A stretch of 64,000 bases of DNA from Octopus vulgaris (GCA_951406725.2 OX597824.1:56234001-56298000); one strand, 5' to 3'; numbered from the stretch's first letter, positions 49,656 to 62,574 are shown. Program-made: numbers and translations. The notes: a model not told the origin generated them from the letters alone.

Positions 49656-50579
49656 TATGTACTTATTTTCACACCTACATCCACATATACTTACATTCAC
49701 CTATATTTATATAAGAGGTGTTCATGTCGTATGTTCATGGGGTGTGTGAGAAAATGTGTGTGTGTGTAGATAAATTTAGAATCTCCTTGAGGTAAAAGAA
49801 GGTATGTGAAATACACAAACCCACAAATATAACATGCTTAGATTCTGAAAATAAAGCTAATACACATGAAAAAGTGACTCTTGCATGTTTGTACATATAT
49901 ATGCGTGCACATGTGCATACACACACATCAACAAACACATAGACATGCACACAACCAGTGCCCAAGTAATAAAATAAAATCTTAAATCTAAATGAAACAC
50001 TCACATGTGCACACACTCACTTCCACACATTCTAAAAAGTGCATATGAATCTATTAGCAAAATAACCCTAGCAAGATCAAACGATACATATAATTATATA
50101 TGCATGATGGGTGTGTTTCTGTAATTATATATATGTGTGTGAGTGTATGTTTATATAATTATATATAAATACATGCATGTTCATATAATTATATATATAT
50201 ATATGTGCATGTGCACAAATGCAAATACACACATGCAGACATATATACACATACAAATGTATGCATGTTTAGGAATAGTTTTTAATGGAACACGTGAATG
50301 ACTTTATCAGAAATCAGATTAATCTGGATATATTTAATCCATAAACTATCACTTGATGTTTATCTTTTGTTGCTTACTAGACAGTGATAATAATGATTGT
50401 GTTGATGTTGATGTGCTAGTGGTGGTGGTATTTGAGGTAACCGGGGGTAGGGTGGAGATGGAAATAGTATTATTTACATGATTCTGCCACCAACACTACT
50501 GCTAATAGCTATCCCCTCTAGCTTCATTAGTAGCTATGTACACAACCACAACCTATTCACTGTCATCTACTTCCCTCAT

Positions 50580-51200
50580 TACTAACATTTTAAATACCAA
50601 CACCTCTCAGCCTCTTACCAACTTTATCAAATCCTTGGTACTTGACAATGAAGATGGCTCCCTAAGTAGTACTCCCACCCACTTTCCTTCCCACTTCCCA
50701 CTGAACACACTCAAATATTTTTCCTCCAGTCTACTAGCACATATGTGGCAACTGAAAATGATTATAGTCCTTTCAAATCATCTTGTCTGCATCTTTTCCA
50801 AGACCCTCGAACACTTTGTCCTAAAGGTAACTTTCATCTTTGCAAAATCTCATTAATAGTTTACTTGTTGCCACTTCTAACTATGCTCACACTTATGAAG
50901 ATGATACCACACTTTATTTACCCTTAACCATCCACTATACACCTGTCTTGGAGGCCTTGTAAAGGATTGTGGATTCTGTCCTTCCTGATAAGGAAAGATT
51001 CACAAGCACAATCCACATGCAAGGTAGACACTACTTGTCAAATCCACACATCCTCTCTACAAAGGCCTTCAAACATCTTTCAAGGGCGATGTAACAATTT
51101 AGTCTCTTTCACAGCATAGAGGCACACTCATATCAAGGAAAGGATCCTAATCCTCATCCCTTCTTGTGTTGAAGAACAAGCAAGTAAACCTTCAAGGTAG
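50580..51200 (+). mobile_element. Highly decayed probable PLE fragment
   Basis: Weak thumb/Cys-linker-like remnants (CKDCGFCP-like); C-rich composition like 11930-12400. Confidence 0.3.
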
Positions 51201-52029
51201 TCCTACATGATGTGTTTTACACTTTTTGAGCAAAATAAATATATAAATAAGCTGTTTATGAAGTGCTATTTGTGTCACACATACAAATATTCTAGACTAA
51301 TTCTGAAACATTTCACACTGATTTCCTACTCTACTACAAAGGCTTCAATTCCTCTGAACTATCTAGCTGAACTGTCTATCACTTCCACCTAGGAAGTGAC
51401 ATAACGTAACTGATATAATTGCTTTTTATGTGAAACTAAATGAAGAGGATACTGGACAAGAAGCTTCATCCTCATCATAAATCTTTTAAATAGAGTGTTA
51501 TTTGGTGGATCGTTTTGACTCCTTATGTCACCTCTCTTATGATGTCATTTATCCTCAGGTCAGCTGTAATCCAGATCTTTTTTTAGGCATAGTATAACTA
51601 AGATTACATTATCCAGTGTGTCCTTTCTTTTTCATGGCATGGTTTGAGGGAGATCTGGCTGCTATCCTTAGTGGGTCAAACAATGCATCATTCAGAACTC
51701 ATAGTTATTGTTGCCAAACAGCAACAATAACTATCATACCACTGATATTATTACAATTATCTCTACTACACGACTACTACTACTACTACTGTAACCAATA
51801 CACTGCTACAACTACTACCAGCAGCTGTACTACTATCATACCTGTTGCCCTTGGATTACATGACAGGAGACTTGATCTGAAATACACCCTGCTTCTTAAT
51901 AAGGTGGCAGGGTGGAGTTCATTACAGCAGATTATTACTGATTTCATCCATTACTGTTGTAATTATTGTTGCTGTTTGAAGTTGTTGCTATTAATATTTT
52001 TGTGACACCTGACTTGGATGATGATGATA

Positions 52030-52215
52030 AACTTAGCCATTTGGCAAAATAAACTGAGAGAATAAGTACTAGGCTTACAAAGAATAAATCCTAGGATCAA
52101 TTTCTTCAACTAAAGGCAGTGATCCCACATGGCCACAGTCACATGATCAAAACAAGTAAAACAATAAAAAAACTATGCCATTTTAATCCTGAGCAATGCC
52201 GAGTATCTCCGCTAG
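52030..52215 (+). mobile_element. SINE 3' half fused to a Helitron-type 3' end
   Basis: ...cacatgatcaaaacaag...ctatgccattttaatcctgagcaatgccgagtatctccgCTAG|T. Confidence 0.7.
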
Positions 52216-52219
52216 TATA

Positions 52220-52258
<39 letters not shown>

Positions 52259-52259
52259 A

Positions 52260-53280
52260 TAGGGGGAGAATTCACGAAAAAACAAAAGATGAAGGTGGTG
52301 TAGAAAACAAACAGATGTATTAGTATAACGCTCAGGAATTGAAAAAGTCTTTTATGCTTCGAGCCTACGCTCTTCCACAGAAAGGAACACAGAAAGAAAC
52401 AAGGAGAGAAAACAATGTGTGTAGTGGCTACCGATCTATCATGGCGAATGCCAGATAGAAGGGTCACACAGGAGAGCGAAGAAGTAGGGGAGATAACAAA
52501 GTAAAGGTGATCCCCAAAACGAAGGTGCGCATGAGTGTAAGAGAGTACGTATGTGCATGTGAAAGAGGGCTGGTGGTCTTGACATGTGCGTGTGTGTATG
52601 TGTAGGTGTGAAAATGTGGGGATGGGAATTGGTCAGTGCTGGTGTGTGGGTGGTGTGTTGTGATGTGATGTGTAGTGTGGTATGGTGTAGTGTGGTGTGA
52701 TGTTGTAGGGAGGTGGGGAGGCGAGAGTGAGGAAAGCACGGGTGGGGTGTGGTTAGGCTGAGGGTTAGGGTGGTGTTGGGGTATGTGGGTAGGCAGGGGG
52801 TGGGGGTAGAGACGGGGTTTGTGGGTAGGCAGAGGGTGGGGGTAGAGGTAGGGTATGTGGGAGAGGGTGTAAGGGATGGGATGGGGTGGGATGGGCTTAT
52901 GGGGAGGGTTGACGATGAAAGGGGAAGAAAAGAGAAAGAGAGAAAGAAAGAGAGTAAGAGAGAAGAGAGAAAGAGAGTAGGGAAGTAGGAGTCGGAGCAA
53001 GTGAGGAGAGGTGGGTGGGAGGAAGTAGAAGGGGGGAGGAGAGAGGCAAGGGGAGGAGGTTAGATGAAGAGGGAAAGAGAGTTGAGCCCGTATGGCATAA
53101 AGGAGCGAAAAGAGAAGATTAATCCCTGTTCACGGTGCAAACGGGAGTCCGGATGGCCTCTGTGCAATGACAATCTGAACACGGACAGTTGTTGCAAAGA
53201 GTGACCGGTAGAGCGGAAATGGCATGAGACCGGGGTGTCATTGCTGAGGCAGATGTCTCGGAGGTGACATGTGACAATTG
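52260..53280 (-). mobile_element. Neptune-like PLE 3' part with G-rich UTR and terminal repeat
   Basis: HLRDI..NDTPVSCHF...REQGLIFSFRSFMPYGLN; homologous to 12210-13038. Confidence 0.88.
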
Positions 53281-53282
53281 AC

Positions 53283-53440
53283 AATTAGTTGGTTGTTATA
53301 ATAAAACTCAGAGTTCGGGATACCGAGGCTGAAGTCTGCTCCGGCATCTCATCAGTTATTAAGACAAAACACTATGAAAAAATCCATTGAATAAAGGGAA
53401 ATTACTCCAATAGGCATTGTGAAAATAATACTTCATTCAT
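53283..53440 (-). mobile_element. Solo Naiad-like terminal repeat with hammerhead motif
   Basis: Matches 42130-42285; TAATAA-CTGATGA-GATGCCG..CGGTATCC-CGAA-CTCTGAG-TT-TTATTA. Confidence 0.8.
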
Positions 53441-53471
53441 ACATGTGTGTGTGTGTATATGTGTGCAATCA

Positions 53472-54928
53472 CTAGTCTATCCCTAGTTTCTGCATTGACC
53501 ACCAGATAAAGGATCGGAGGACTCTGTCAAAGGCTTTCTCCAAGTCAACAAAGGCCAAGTACAGAGGATTATCTTTGGCTAGGTATTTCTCCTGCAGCTG
53601 TCTTACCAGAAATATAGCATCAGTGGTGCTTCTACCTGGCACAAAACTGGACTGCATCTCATTTAGACAAACTCTCTCCCTAATTAGCTGGGCTATGACT
53701 CTCTTCGTAACTTTCATCACCTGATCCAACAATTTGACACCTCTGCAATTATTTCTGCTGAAGGCATCTCCTTTATGTTTGTAGCAGTTGACTATGGTGC
53801 TGCCACACCAGTCATTGGGTATGACTCCTTCGTGAACCACCTGACTTACAATACAGGTGACTAGACCACACAACCCAGACCACCAGATATTTTAAGCATC
53901 TCAGCGGTGATTCCTGATGGGCGGGGGCTTTTCCTGTCTTCATATCCTTAATTGCTTTATCTACCAGAGTACTGTGGATTCAGGTAGCAAATCCCTCAAT
54001 TGGGTCAACATTTGGCAGGCCCTCCTCCTCCTATTCATTCTCCATATTCAGCAGTCTTTCATAATGGCATCTTCAAGCCTCTTTCTTTGCAGAATTATTA
54101 AATGTAAGTGCAGACACATTTCTCTCCTATGACATTGCAATTTTTTCTGACACACTGTCTTGCAATCTGAAATACTTCAGTTCTTTGGTTCTCAGGTTGC
54201 TGAACATAGGCAAACTTCTTTTCTGTTTCTCCATTGGCTAGATATACCTAGTTTCCCTTCTGGCTGTCTGATACAGTTCCCTGCTACCCCACTCTTCCAG
54301 GTCCGTTTCATTGTTCTAATGGCCCTGTCTGCAGTATTGTTCCACCACAACGTTAACTTAGGTCTGGAAGGGACTTTGCATCAGCCACAGATTTGGTCTG
54401 TGGCCCTCAGCAGGCTGACCCATAGGAATTCCCTGTTGACCTCTATGTCACAAGTGGGTAGCTCCTCCTCCCTCTCATCAAATTTCTCAGTTAGGATGTC
54501 TCTAAATCTCTGACCATATGAAGGGTCTTTAAGCTTCCAAATACTTTTCCAGATTGGCTTGCTTCTCAGCATCCTTCTGGTCTGGAGTCTAAAGTCACTA
54601 ATGACTAGTCTATGCTGGGGGGTACATTCTTCACCAGGAAAGGTTTTTGCATTTAAGATTAACCATGCATCCCACTGTCTGGTGAGAATGTAATCGATCT
54701 GGCTAACACAATCACCTGATTGATAAGTTATCAGGTGGATGGCTGGCTTCCTGAAGTTGCAGATCAATAGGTTATTTGTGTCACAGAACTCCAGTAGCCT
54801 TGTTCCCTTTTCGTTTCGGGAACCAATTCCATGGCCCCCACCATGGAAGATACCAAGCTGCCATCCAACGTGTCCATTGAAATCCCCAGCCATGAAGATG
54901 AAATCATTGTCACTCGTCTTCGAGGTAG
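53472..54928 (-). mobile_element. RTE LINE internal fragment (APE to RT)
   Basis: AGDFNGHVG, SQIDYIL, QHRLV, FVDLEKAFDRV. Confidence 0.92.
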
Positions 54929-54934
54929 CTAAGC

Positions 54935-57450
54935 GGGAAAAACAGGGTGGGGTTGTTATTTTATATTTTGAGAATAGATTTAGTGACCGATATTTGCAGC
55001 ATAAATATTATACTATTGCATTCAATACGATTATTTGTGGATTGCAAAATAGCCAAGACCTCGGCTATGCAAAGATCAGACTTGTTATTGTACTCCGCTT
55101 GGGAAATTCTTTGTGTTCCAGATCCTTGAAACTACAAAAAATAAGCTTCACCAAGGCAGCAATGCCAGGATGTGACAGTGACTGCAGCCATCAAAAACGG
55201 AATGCAGGTGGTTCTCAGGTACAAAGAGTCTGGGAGAACCAGTAGCTGTGTCACAAAGGATTGTGCTTTCAGCAGACAGAAGTAGAAGATAGGCAAACTT
55301 GCAACACGACAACTTGGTAGAAGTTAGATCCAATGGGTCCAGAGCTGGCTGATCCTGTGCAATGGCAGTTAAATTGATTGCAGCAGGAAATGAAAGTGAA
55401 CACACAGGGAGACGAGAGAGTGCATCAGCAGGTACGTTCTCTGTTCCAGGTATGTGCCGAATGTCATTCATGAACTGGGAAATGTAGCCCAGGTGATGAA
55501 AAGCATGAGGCGAGTTTTTGTCCGATTTAGATGACAGAGCAAACGTAGGAGGCTTGTGATCAGTATAAATCACAAAATCTTGGCCCTCGAGTTGATGTTG
55601 AAAGTGATGAACCAACAGGTAGATCACTAAGAGTTCATAATCAAACGTACTGTAATGATATTCAGCTGGTTTTAATTGACGAGAAAAAATGCCAAAGGTT
55701 TAGTCTGATTATCGATGGTATGTTGTAAAACAGCACCAACCGCAGAATTCGAATCATCAACTGTTAAAGAGAGACGAGCATCAGGAACTGCATGTGCAAG
55801 CAAAGGAACAGAAGCTATTTCCTTCTTGACTGACTCAAAAGAAGATAATGCTTCGGCAGATAAAGTGATAGGAGAATTTATTTTTGTATTTGCTTTCAAT
55901 AGTTGGGTCAAGGGAAGTAACTTGTCTGCACATTTAGGTATGAATCTCCTGTAGAAGTTGACAATTCCCAAGTGATGCAGCTGGTGTAAAGAAGTGGGGT
56001 GGGGTAAGATGCGTCGAATCGCATCGATTTTGGAGGAGAGGTCGGATACCATTAGAGTCGATATAATGACCTAGCAATTCCAGAGAGGTCTGTCCGAAAA
56101 CACACTTATCGGTGTTGATTCGCACATTGTAGGTGCAAAGAAGCTGAAAAAGTTGAGATAAGTGTATGAGATGATTTTTACGTGTGTAGCTAGCTATGAG
56201 CAAATCATCGACGTAAGTGAACACAAAGTCAAATCCACTGACAACTTTGTCAATAAATCTCTGGAATGTGCTTGTTGCATTCTGCAAACCAAAGCTCATA
56301 AACAGGAAATCAAAACCTCCAAAAGGGGTGGTAACAGTAGTTTTGGAAATGTCATCAAGGTTCATTGGAATTTGATTATAAGCCTGGAAGAGGTCAACCA
56401 TGGGAAAAATAGCACAACTATGCAAGTTTGAAGAAAAATCCTGGAGATTCCTTATCAGATAGCAATCGGGAACAGTGACCGCATTCAAATGTCTGCAACC
56501 CCCCCACCAGATGAAAATCTGAATCCCCTTTCCATGCCAAATATAGAGGAGATGCTCAAGGGCTGGTGGAGGGGCGGATAAGGCTGAGTTGAAGCATATG
56601 CTCAAACTCACATCAAGCCTTTTTGAGCTGATCAGGGGTGAGTCACTGTAGACGTGAAAAAACAGGTGGTCCAGAAGTAGTGATATAATGGCGAGTTGAG
56701 TGTGTGACTGAGTTGAAAGTTGGATCTACCAGCTCTAGACAGGCTCTGAAAACATCATTAGTAGTAACCTGAGCAGGCGTAAACAAAGATGAAGAATCAT
56801 CCACAAGTCTCTGTCACCTGACATCTACTAACAAGTGAAAGTGGTTTAAGAAGTCTGCACCCAGAATGGTGTATGGTAAATCTGTTATAACAAGAACCCA
56901 CCTAAAATCCCTTCAAAGTTTGAGATCTAGGTTTAATGAGACCTGACTGTAAGTTTTTATCAGAGATAGATTCACCACGTGCAGGTTAATGGTAGATTGC
57001 TTCGGCTTGTCTGAAGTAAGACACAAAGGACAAATAGAACAGCTGGATCCAGTGTCAACCATGAACAATTCGTTAGACACACGATCCTTAACAAAGAATG
57101 CACGATGGGATGAAAAATTTCAGGAAAAATTTGATGTGCCCAAATCTTCTGCAACTAGTTTCCTGACAGCTTGAACGAACAGGGCTGGATGCATCGACGG
57201 GCTTTGTCCTTAAGTGTGGCATGGTACCAGCAGAAATTGAAAACCATTTCAGAAGTAGCCAACCGTGACTTAGAATGGCTTCTGCTGTGAGGACGAGAGC
57301 TGGTGTGTTCTTGCCACAGTATGTTCATGCAACATGTTAATGCATCGACTCTCTCCAAAATGTTGCCATGTGATGAGGTAGGAGACTTTGTGGTAGTAGA
57401 GGAAACTACTACAAGGCCCGAACAGGTATGGTGAGGTGCAGGCTGCACAG
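54935..57450 (-). mobile_element. Decayed Ty3/Gypsy element: gag knuckle, protease, RT, RNase H, integrase start
   Basis: CWYHATLKDKARRCIQPC, MVDTGS, FGLQNATSTFQR, YVDDLLIAS, IYTDHKP, NVPADALSR. Confidence 0.92.
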
Positions 57451-58885
57451 TAAGCTCTATGATTTTTTCAGAAAAATTCCAAAAAATAAAAAAGTTACGA
57501 AGGGTTATATGGCGTGCATAAAACAGAATTTCACCTGTATTTCATTTATTTACAATTAACAAAGCATGCTGTCACGCATAAAATGATAGCTTCTAAGTCC
57601 TGTTTTCTGATTGGGTGAAAATTTTAAAATTTTAAACTTCTATAACTTAAAAAAAATTTTTTTCTGGAAAAAGTGAAATATCTCTTATTCACCTTGGAAA
57701 ACTATATTTATGGAATCTTTTCCTTTTCAACGGAAAAGATCCCATTTATGTACCAAATTTTCAATAAACTTTGAATTTTCGAATCTTGGTAGCGAAGTAC
57801 ACCAATATAAATGTGTGTGTGTGTAAATATATATATATATATATAATATTAAATACATTAAGTAAGTTGTGTATATATAAAACTTAGGCAGAGTTTCGGA
57901 ATAACTCATCCACAGATTGGATTTTTTCCATTTCACAGGAACTTTTCAAATTATTTTTTCACCACACGCTTTAAAATGGTGGTGGGAAGCCTTGCGTCCC
58001 TCACAACAAGATTTTCAATTTATTTTGCACTTACAAAAATGGAGGATTTTTTTTTTTTAATAAAACATTGAAATTCATGAAAATCCATGATTTTGGAACG
58101 TTGTACCTCCATCTCTACCCTCACGTCAGCAATCACCATTACAATTCTTTCCCCACTCACCCTTTTTTTTTTTGCAACACAGTTTTCATATTCGAGTACT
58201 GCATACAAATGATAAGCTGTGGATGCTGATATGAAATGAATATTTTCCCACCACTGAAACACTCATTGGTGTTGAATTAAAACCTGATTAAAATATATAT
58301 TTGGCTCAGTAAGAGAAATTAAGTGGTTTCACAATAACGAAGGATGCTTGTAAATTCAATTATCGAAAACTTTGACACTTTCTATTGCAGAAATTTAGCA
58401 GCAGTAATTTTAAGCAGGTGTCAGTTTGGTGTCTGTCCGTAAAAAAGAAAAAAAAGCAACACGGAGTCAAGCATCGTATGTAGATATCTTGAATTGAAAA
58501 ACCAAGCAACAATACTTTTTATCAAGTAGGAAACGAAATAATGGAAGGTAGAATTCCATCTGATGGGCTTATTTCATTATCAGGAAAAGTGAATTTTGCG
58601 AACAGTACCGATTTATTTATTTAAACAAATGAAGAACAATTCAGATATGGAAATTCCATTGGTGAAAGTTATTTCAAAATTAAACCCGGAGAAAACCCCA
58701 CTCCCATTAAAATTTTGGTAAAATTTTTACATGTGTCGAATGCAAAAAGTTTGAAAAAGTAAAAATAGATGTTTCATTTTGTGTGGAAAAAATATTGGGG
58801 TAAGAATTCTAATGGTGATTGAAAGCAGGGGTGGAGCAACATTCCAAAGTCATGGATTTCAATTTTCTCTTTTTAAAAAAAAGGC

Positions 58886-59294
58886 GAATCTTTTCGGTTT
58901 GAACGGCAGTTTTTTTAAAATAATTTCCACGTAACTAAACACTTTTAAACTTCGTATACTGGTAGAATGTGTTTATAAAACATCTTTTTCTTTTGAGAAA
59001 ATTCTATAGTTTGTAAGATATTTGGGGTTTTTTTCCTTCAGTTTCTACAATTTCAACCAATCACTGACGTCTATTGAGGTAACAAAACATTCTGTGCCGT
59101 ATGAATATGTCCCTCGTTTAAGAAACAGATTGGGTTTATTTACATTTGTGAAGAAAAAAAGATACCCTTCCCCGACCCCTACCCCTAACCCTAAAACAGA
59201 ATGAAATGCAATAGATCGATACTAGGGCCATAATTATGGGTGACAATTACATATGACACCGCTAGAAAAACTGCCGTTCAAACCGAAAAGATCC
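58886..59294. mobile_element. MITE with ~29-bp TIRs and 8-bp TSD (Merlin- or hAT-like)
   Basis: AAAAAGGC | GAATCTTTTCGGTTTGAACGGCAGTTTTT ... AAAAACTGCCGTTCAAACCGAAAAGATCC | AAAAAGGC. Confidence 0.92.
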
Positions 59295-59855
59295 AAAAAG
59301 GCTTTCCCTCATAGTTTTCAAGTGCACTGTGTGAGGAAAAAAAATTAAATCTGTTGTGAGGAACCCGGAAAAATCATGGATTTTTCAAATTTCTTTTCTT
59401 TTTTTTTTTGTTCATAAAAGACCTCCCCCATCATTTCACGCTTACAAGAAAAAAGACTCTCAACCTTTTCTTTGTATAGGTTAAATAAACATGAACTCTG
59501 CTATAATGTTAAATAATGTTTATATATAACTTTACATGAAAACAAATATCAATATACCTGCATGCATTATTAAGTATAATTGCAGTTTTCACTTACAAAA
59601 GACATTACAACACAATTACATATACAAAATATATTCATTTTAATATGATAAACAAGAACAATACCTACACTCAAATATCCTTTTCAAAGATCATGTAGAA
59701 AAATCATTCCCACATTATATTCGAAAATACACACACAGTCTGTCTTCACCCTGTTTTATACTCACATGTCCCTCACATCCTCAAGCGTTTTACAGTGTTA
59801 AGGTCTATTTACTTCATCTGCAAAACACACACACACACATCTCATGTGTGTACCA

Positions 59856-61094
59856 CTACATTACATCATCAGGCATAAAATAAACCTCGTTTATCCTGCC
59901 ACAGTTTGAACTTTCGGTAATTGTCTCTTCTTCTGGATGTTTACAAATTCTAGACTGATAGTTCGCACAACTTGTGGATTCTTGATCTTTGTACAAGTCA
60001 GACATGTCCTGGGCCACTTCTCTAGAGTAGCAGGAATAGTAACCAGGCATGATTCTTTGAAGATATACTGGTAAATGATTACATATATACTCCTGCCATT
60101 GTTGTTGAAAGTAGCGGTCCAGAAATCCATAGAAGAATGGGTTAAAGAGAGCATTGCTGATTAGAAGTGATCGAGTAATAACTTCTAAAAGTAATGGTGG
60201 ACACCAAGGGTTCCATACGCGGAGTCCCCAAAGGAATTGTTGGAGAAAGTAAGGAAAGAAGCATATGGCATAGCAAAGAACTAACAGCGAAAGTATTCTC
60301 GCAGTTTTCAGATAACGAAGGCTCATCATTAGGCTGCGTGTATTGCGGTCCTTTTGGAACAATGATAGGCTCGAGCGCTTAAACGTTGACACAAATCTTT
60401 TCTCACGTTTCCATGCGAATTTCATAATTGAAAAGTAATGCTGCACAATGATGACAGTTGGGAGGAGGAAGCCAATGTTAAAGTAGAGTGCTGCAGATAG
60501 GACGAACACATAACGACGGTCTGTCACTTGTAACATCGGGTGACCAGCAATACATGTAATGTGTGAAGAACTGAAAGTGATGATAAATGATACAAAGCCG
60601 ACTAGTGAAGACACAGCCCACACGAAACCAATTGCCATTTTGCAACGCATTGGAGTCATCGTTTCACGATAAGTGTGGTATTTGACAATGAGACGGTATC
60701 GATCTAGGCTTATGACGGCTATACTCCAGACTGATGTTGCTGTGAATAGTGATGTAGACAAGAAGAGAATACCACATAATCCAATATCAGTATGCGGTGT
60801 CAAGAGGCGCCAGATGTGAAATAATGTTAAGAAAAAGACTCCACAGAAATCTGTCAGTGCCAAATTAATAATGAAGAAATGACTAGGTTGAAGATTACTT
60901 TTGTTCATAAATATTGCCACAGCCAAGATGGTACCATTGGTTAGCATGGTAAATAGACCTAAGATAAGGTGCCATGAAACAGCAACATATATGCCAATGC
61001 GTGGCATTGACATAGGATCCTTAGTGCAATTAGATGGAATAAACTCCACTGATGCATCATAAATAGTTCCATTGGTCTCTCTAAAATGATGCAT
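59856..61094 (-). CDS. Class A (rhodopsin-like) GPCR with uninterrupted CDS, 412 aa, orphan
   Basis: Seven hydrophobic segments; TM1 N, NLALTD, C3.25, SLDRY, TM4 W, FLLP, CFFPYF, NALFNPFFY; N-terminal NGT/NCT sequons. Confidence 0.96.
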   Translation of the reverse strand: MHHFRETNGTIYDASVEFIPSNCTKDPMSMPRIGIYVAVSWHLILGLFTMLTNGTILAVAIFMNKSNLQPSHFFIINLALTDFCGVFFLTLFHIWRLLTPHTDIGLCGILFLSTSLFTATSVWSIAVISLDRYRLIVKYHTYRETMTPMRCKMAIGFVWAVSSLVGFVSFIITFSSSHITCIAGHPMLQVTDRRYVFVLSAALYFNIGFLLPTVIIVQHYFSIMKFAWKREKRFVSTFKRSSLSLFQKDRNTRSLMMSLRYLKTARILSLLVLCYAICFFPYFLQQFLWGLRVWNPWCPPLLLEVITRSLLISNALFNPFFYGFLDRYFQQQWQEYICNHLPVYLQRIMPGYYSCYSREVAQDMSDLYKDQESTSCANYQSRICKHPEEETITESSNCGRINEVYFMPDDVM

Positions 61095-62099
61095 GATGTT
61101 TCTTTGAAATCTTGGCAGCTTTTTAATATGGAGCCTTTCTGAGATGTCATGAATTATCTTCTTGATTTAGAAACAAAGACAAAAAGTAACTAACAAAAGC
61201 ATCCAAAAGTGATGGAAAACAGTCCAATGAGGATAGAAGTTCATATTATGGCAAATTCGATGCATTGGAAGAAATTAAAGTTGCTATGTTTTCGTCGACG
61301 ATAACAACTGTAAGTATTCCAGACATGATGTAAAATTGTTTGTAAGGCTTTCTCGGTGGTGATGGTTGTTGCTATAATGTTCCTGATAACTTATTTTTTA
61401 CGGCTGTGCAAATGACACCCAGCTAAACAACGACTAATTTTCAACTGAATATGAAAAATGGATTATCTGCAAAACGTGTGGTTGTGGTACATGTGATCAA
61501 TGTCAGTATCTAGATTAAATCACTAAACAGATTATACACACACACACACGCGCGCTATTTATTTATCATAATTCAATATAATCTATTCTGATGAAATAAC
61601 AATGAAATGATTGCCAAAAAAGCTAGTGAGAAATAACATTGTAGATTATCGTGAAAGCAGCAAGATTAAGGTGACTAAATTATTTCAGAGATAAAGTAGA
61701 ATGATAGGTCATTTAGATTTAAGCTTAATAATGATATTGATAATAATTGTTGTTGTTGATGTTGTTGCTATTGTTTACACCACTAATTTGAAACTTCCGG
61801 TTCATCACCCCCTCCCCAAATAATCTTCTTTCTCGTCACCTCCTAAATTAGCTAGCCCAAGCTTACTGAATTAAATTTTATTTCGTCACATTCTTTCAAT
61901 TAGAAGTGAAAAGAAAAAAAAATAATACAGAACAACAATAATAATAATTTGATGGAGAAAAAAAAAAAGAATTAAAACCAAGCTCGAGTCATCATTGGTA
62001 GGGGCATGCTGAATCACTTCGTTCTGACACAAGTTCAGAGAAAGACAACAACGAACTAAAATCAAAGAGCAAAATGAATAAACTTTCGGTACTTGTCAA

Positions 62100-62225
62100 T
62101 TGTCGTGGTCCCGGTTTTGCACACGCGAATTCGCGCGCGCGCGCGTCAGACATAGGTACTCGAGATCCTACGAGGTGACTTGCGCATGCGCAGTGCAGAA
62201 TTCGCGCGTGCGCGTTAACCCCTCC
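62100..62225. promoter_or_regulatory. CpG-rich promoter-like patch with an NRF1/EWG site
   Basis: TGCGCATGCGCA at 62181-62192, a (CG)n run and duplicated GAATTCGCGCG in otherwise CpG-poor DNA. Confidence 0.55.
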
Positions 62226-62574
62226 CCCTAAAAAAAAAGGTGTTGGATTTCACTAAAAATATATATGTGTGTGTGTGTGTGTGTGTATATAACATTTTCA
62301 ATTTTACACAAAAAAATTACATAGTCGCTTTCCTCGCGGATTTACAGAGAAATGAATTAATTACTATTTTACAGAATAAAATTAATGAATTAATTATATA
62401 AATTAAATAATTCTTGAAAATTAATTAATATTAATAATATGTTTTGAACAAAGTAAATAATTTATAAAACTTGGTTAATAATTTTTTTACACAAACGCGA
62501 ACGTATATAATTTGTGAAACTTTTTTTTTTACAGACGTATATAATTTGGTAAACTTAATGAATTAATTTCTTCT

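Noticed and set aside
59170-59195. Interstitial telomere
   Set aside because: Only a few degenerate units, internal to a MITE.
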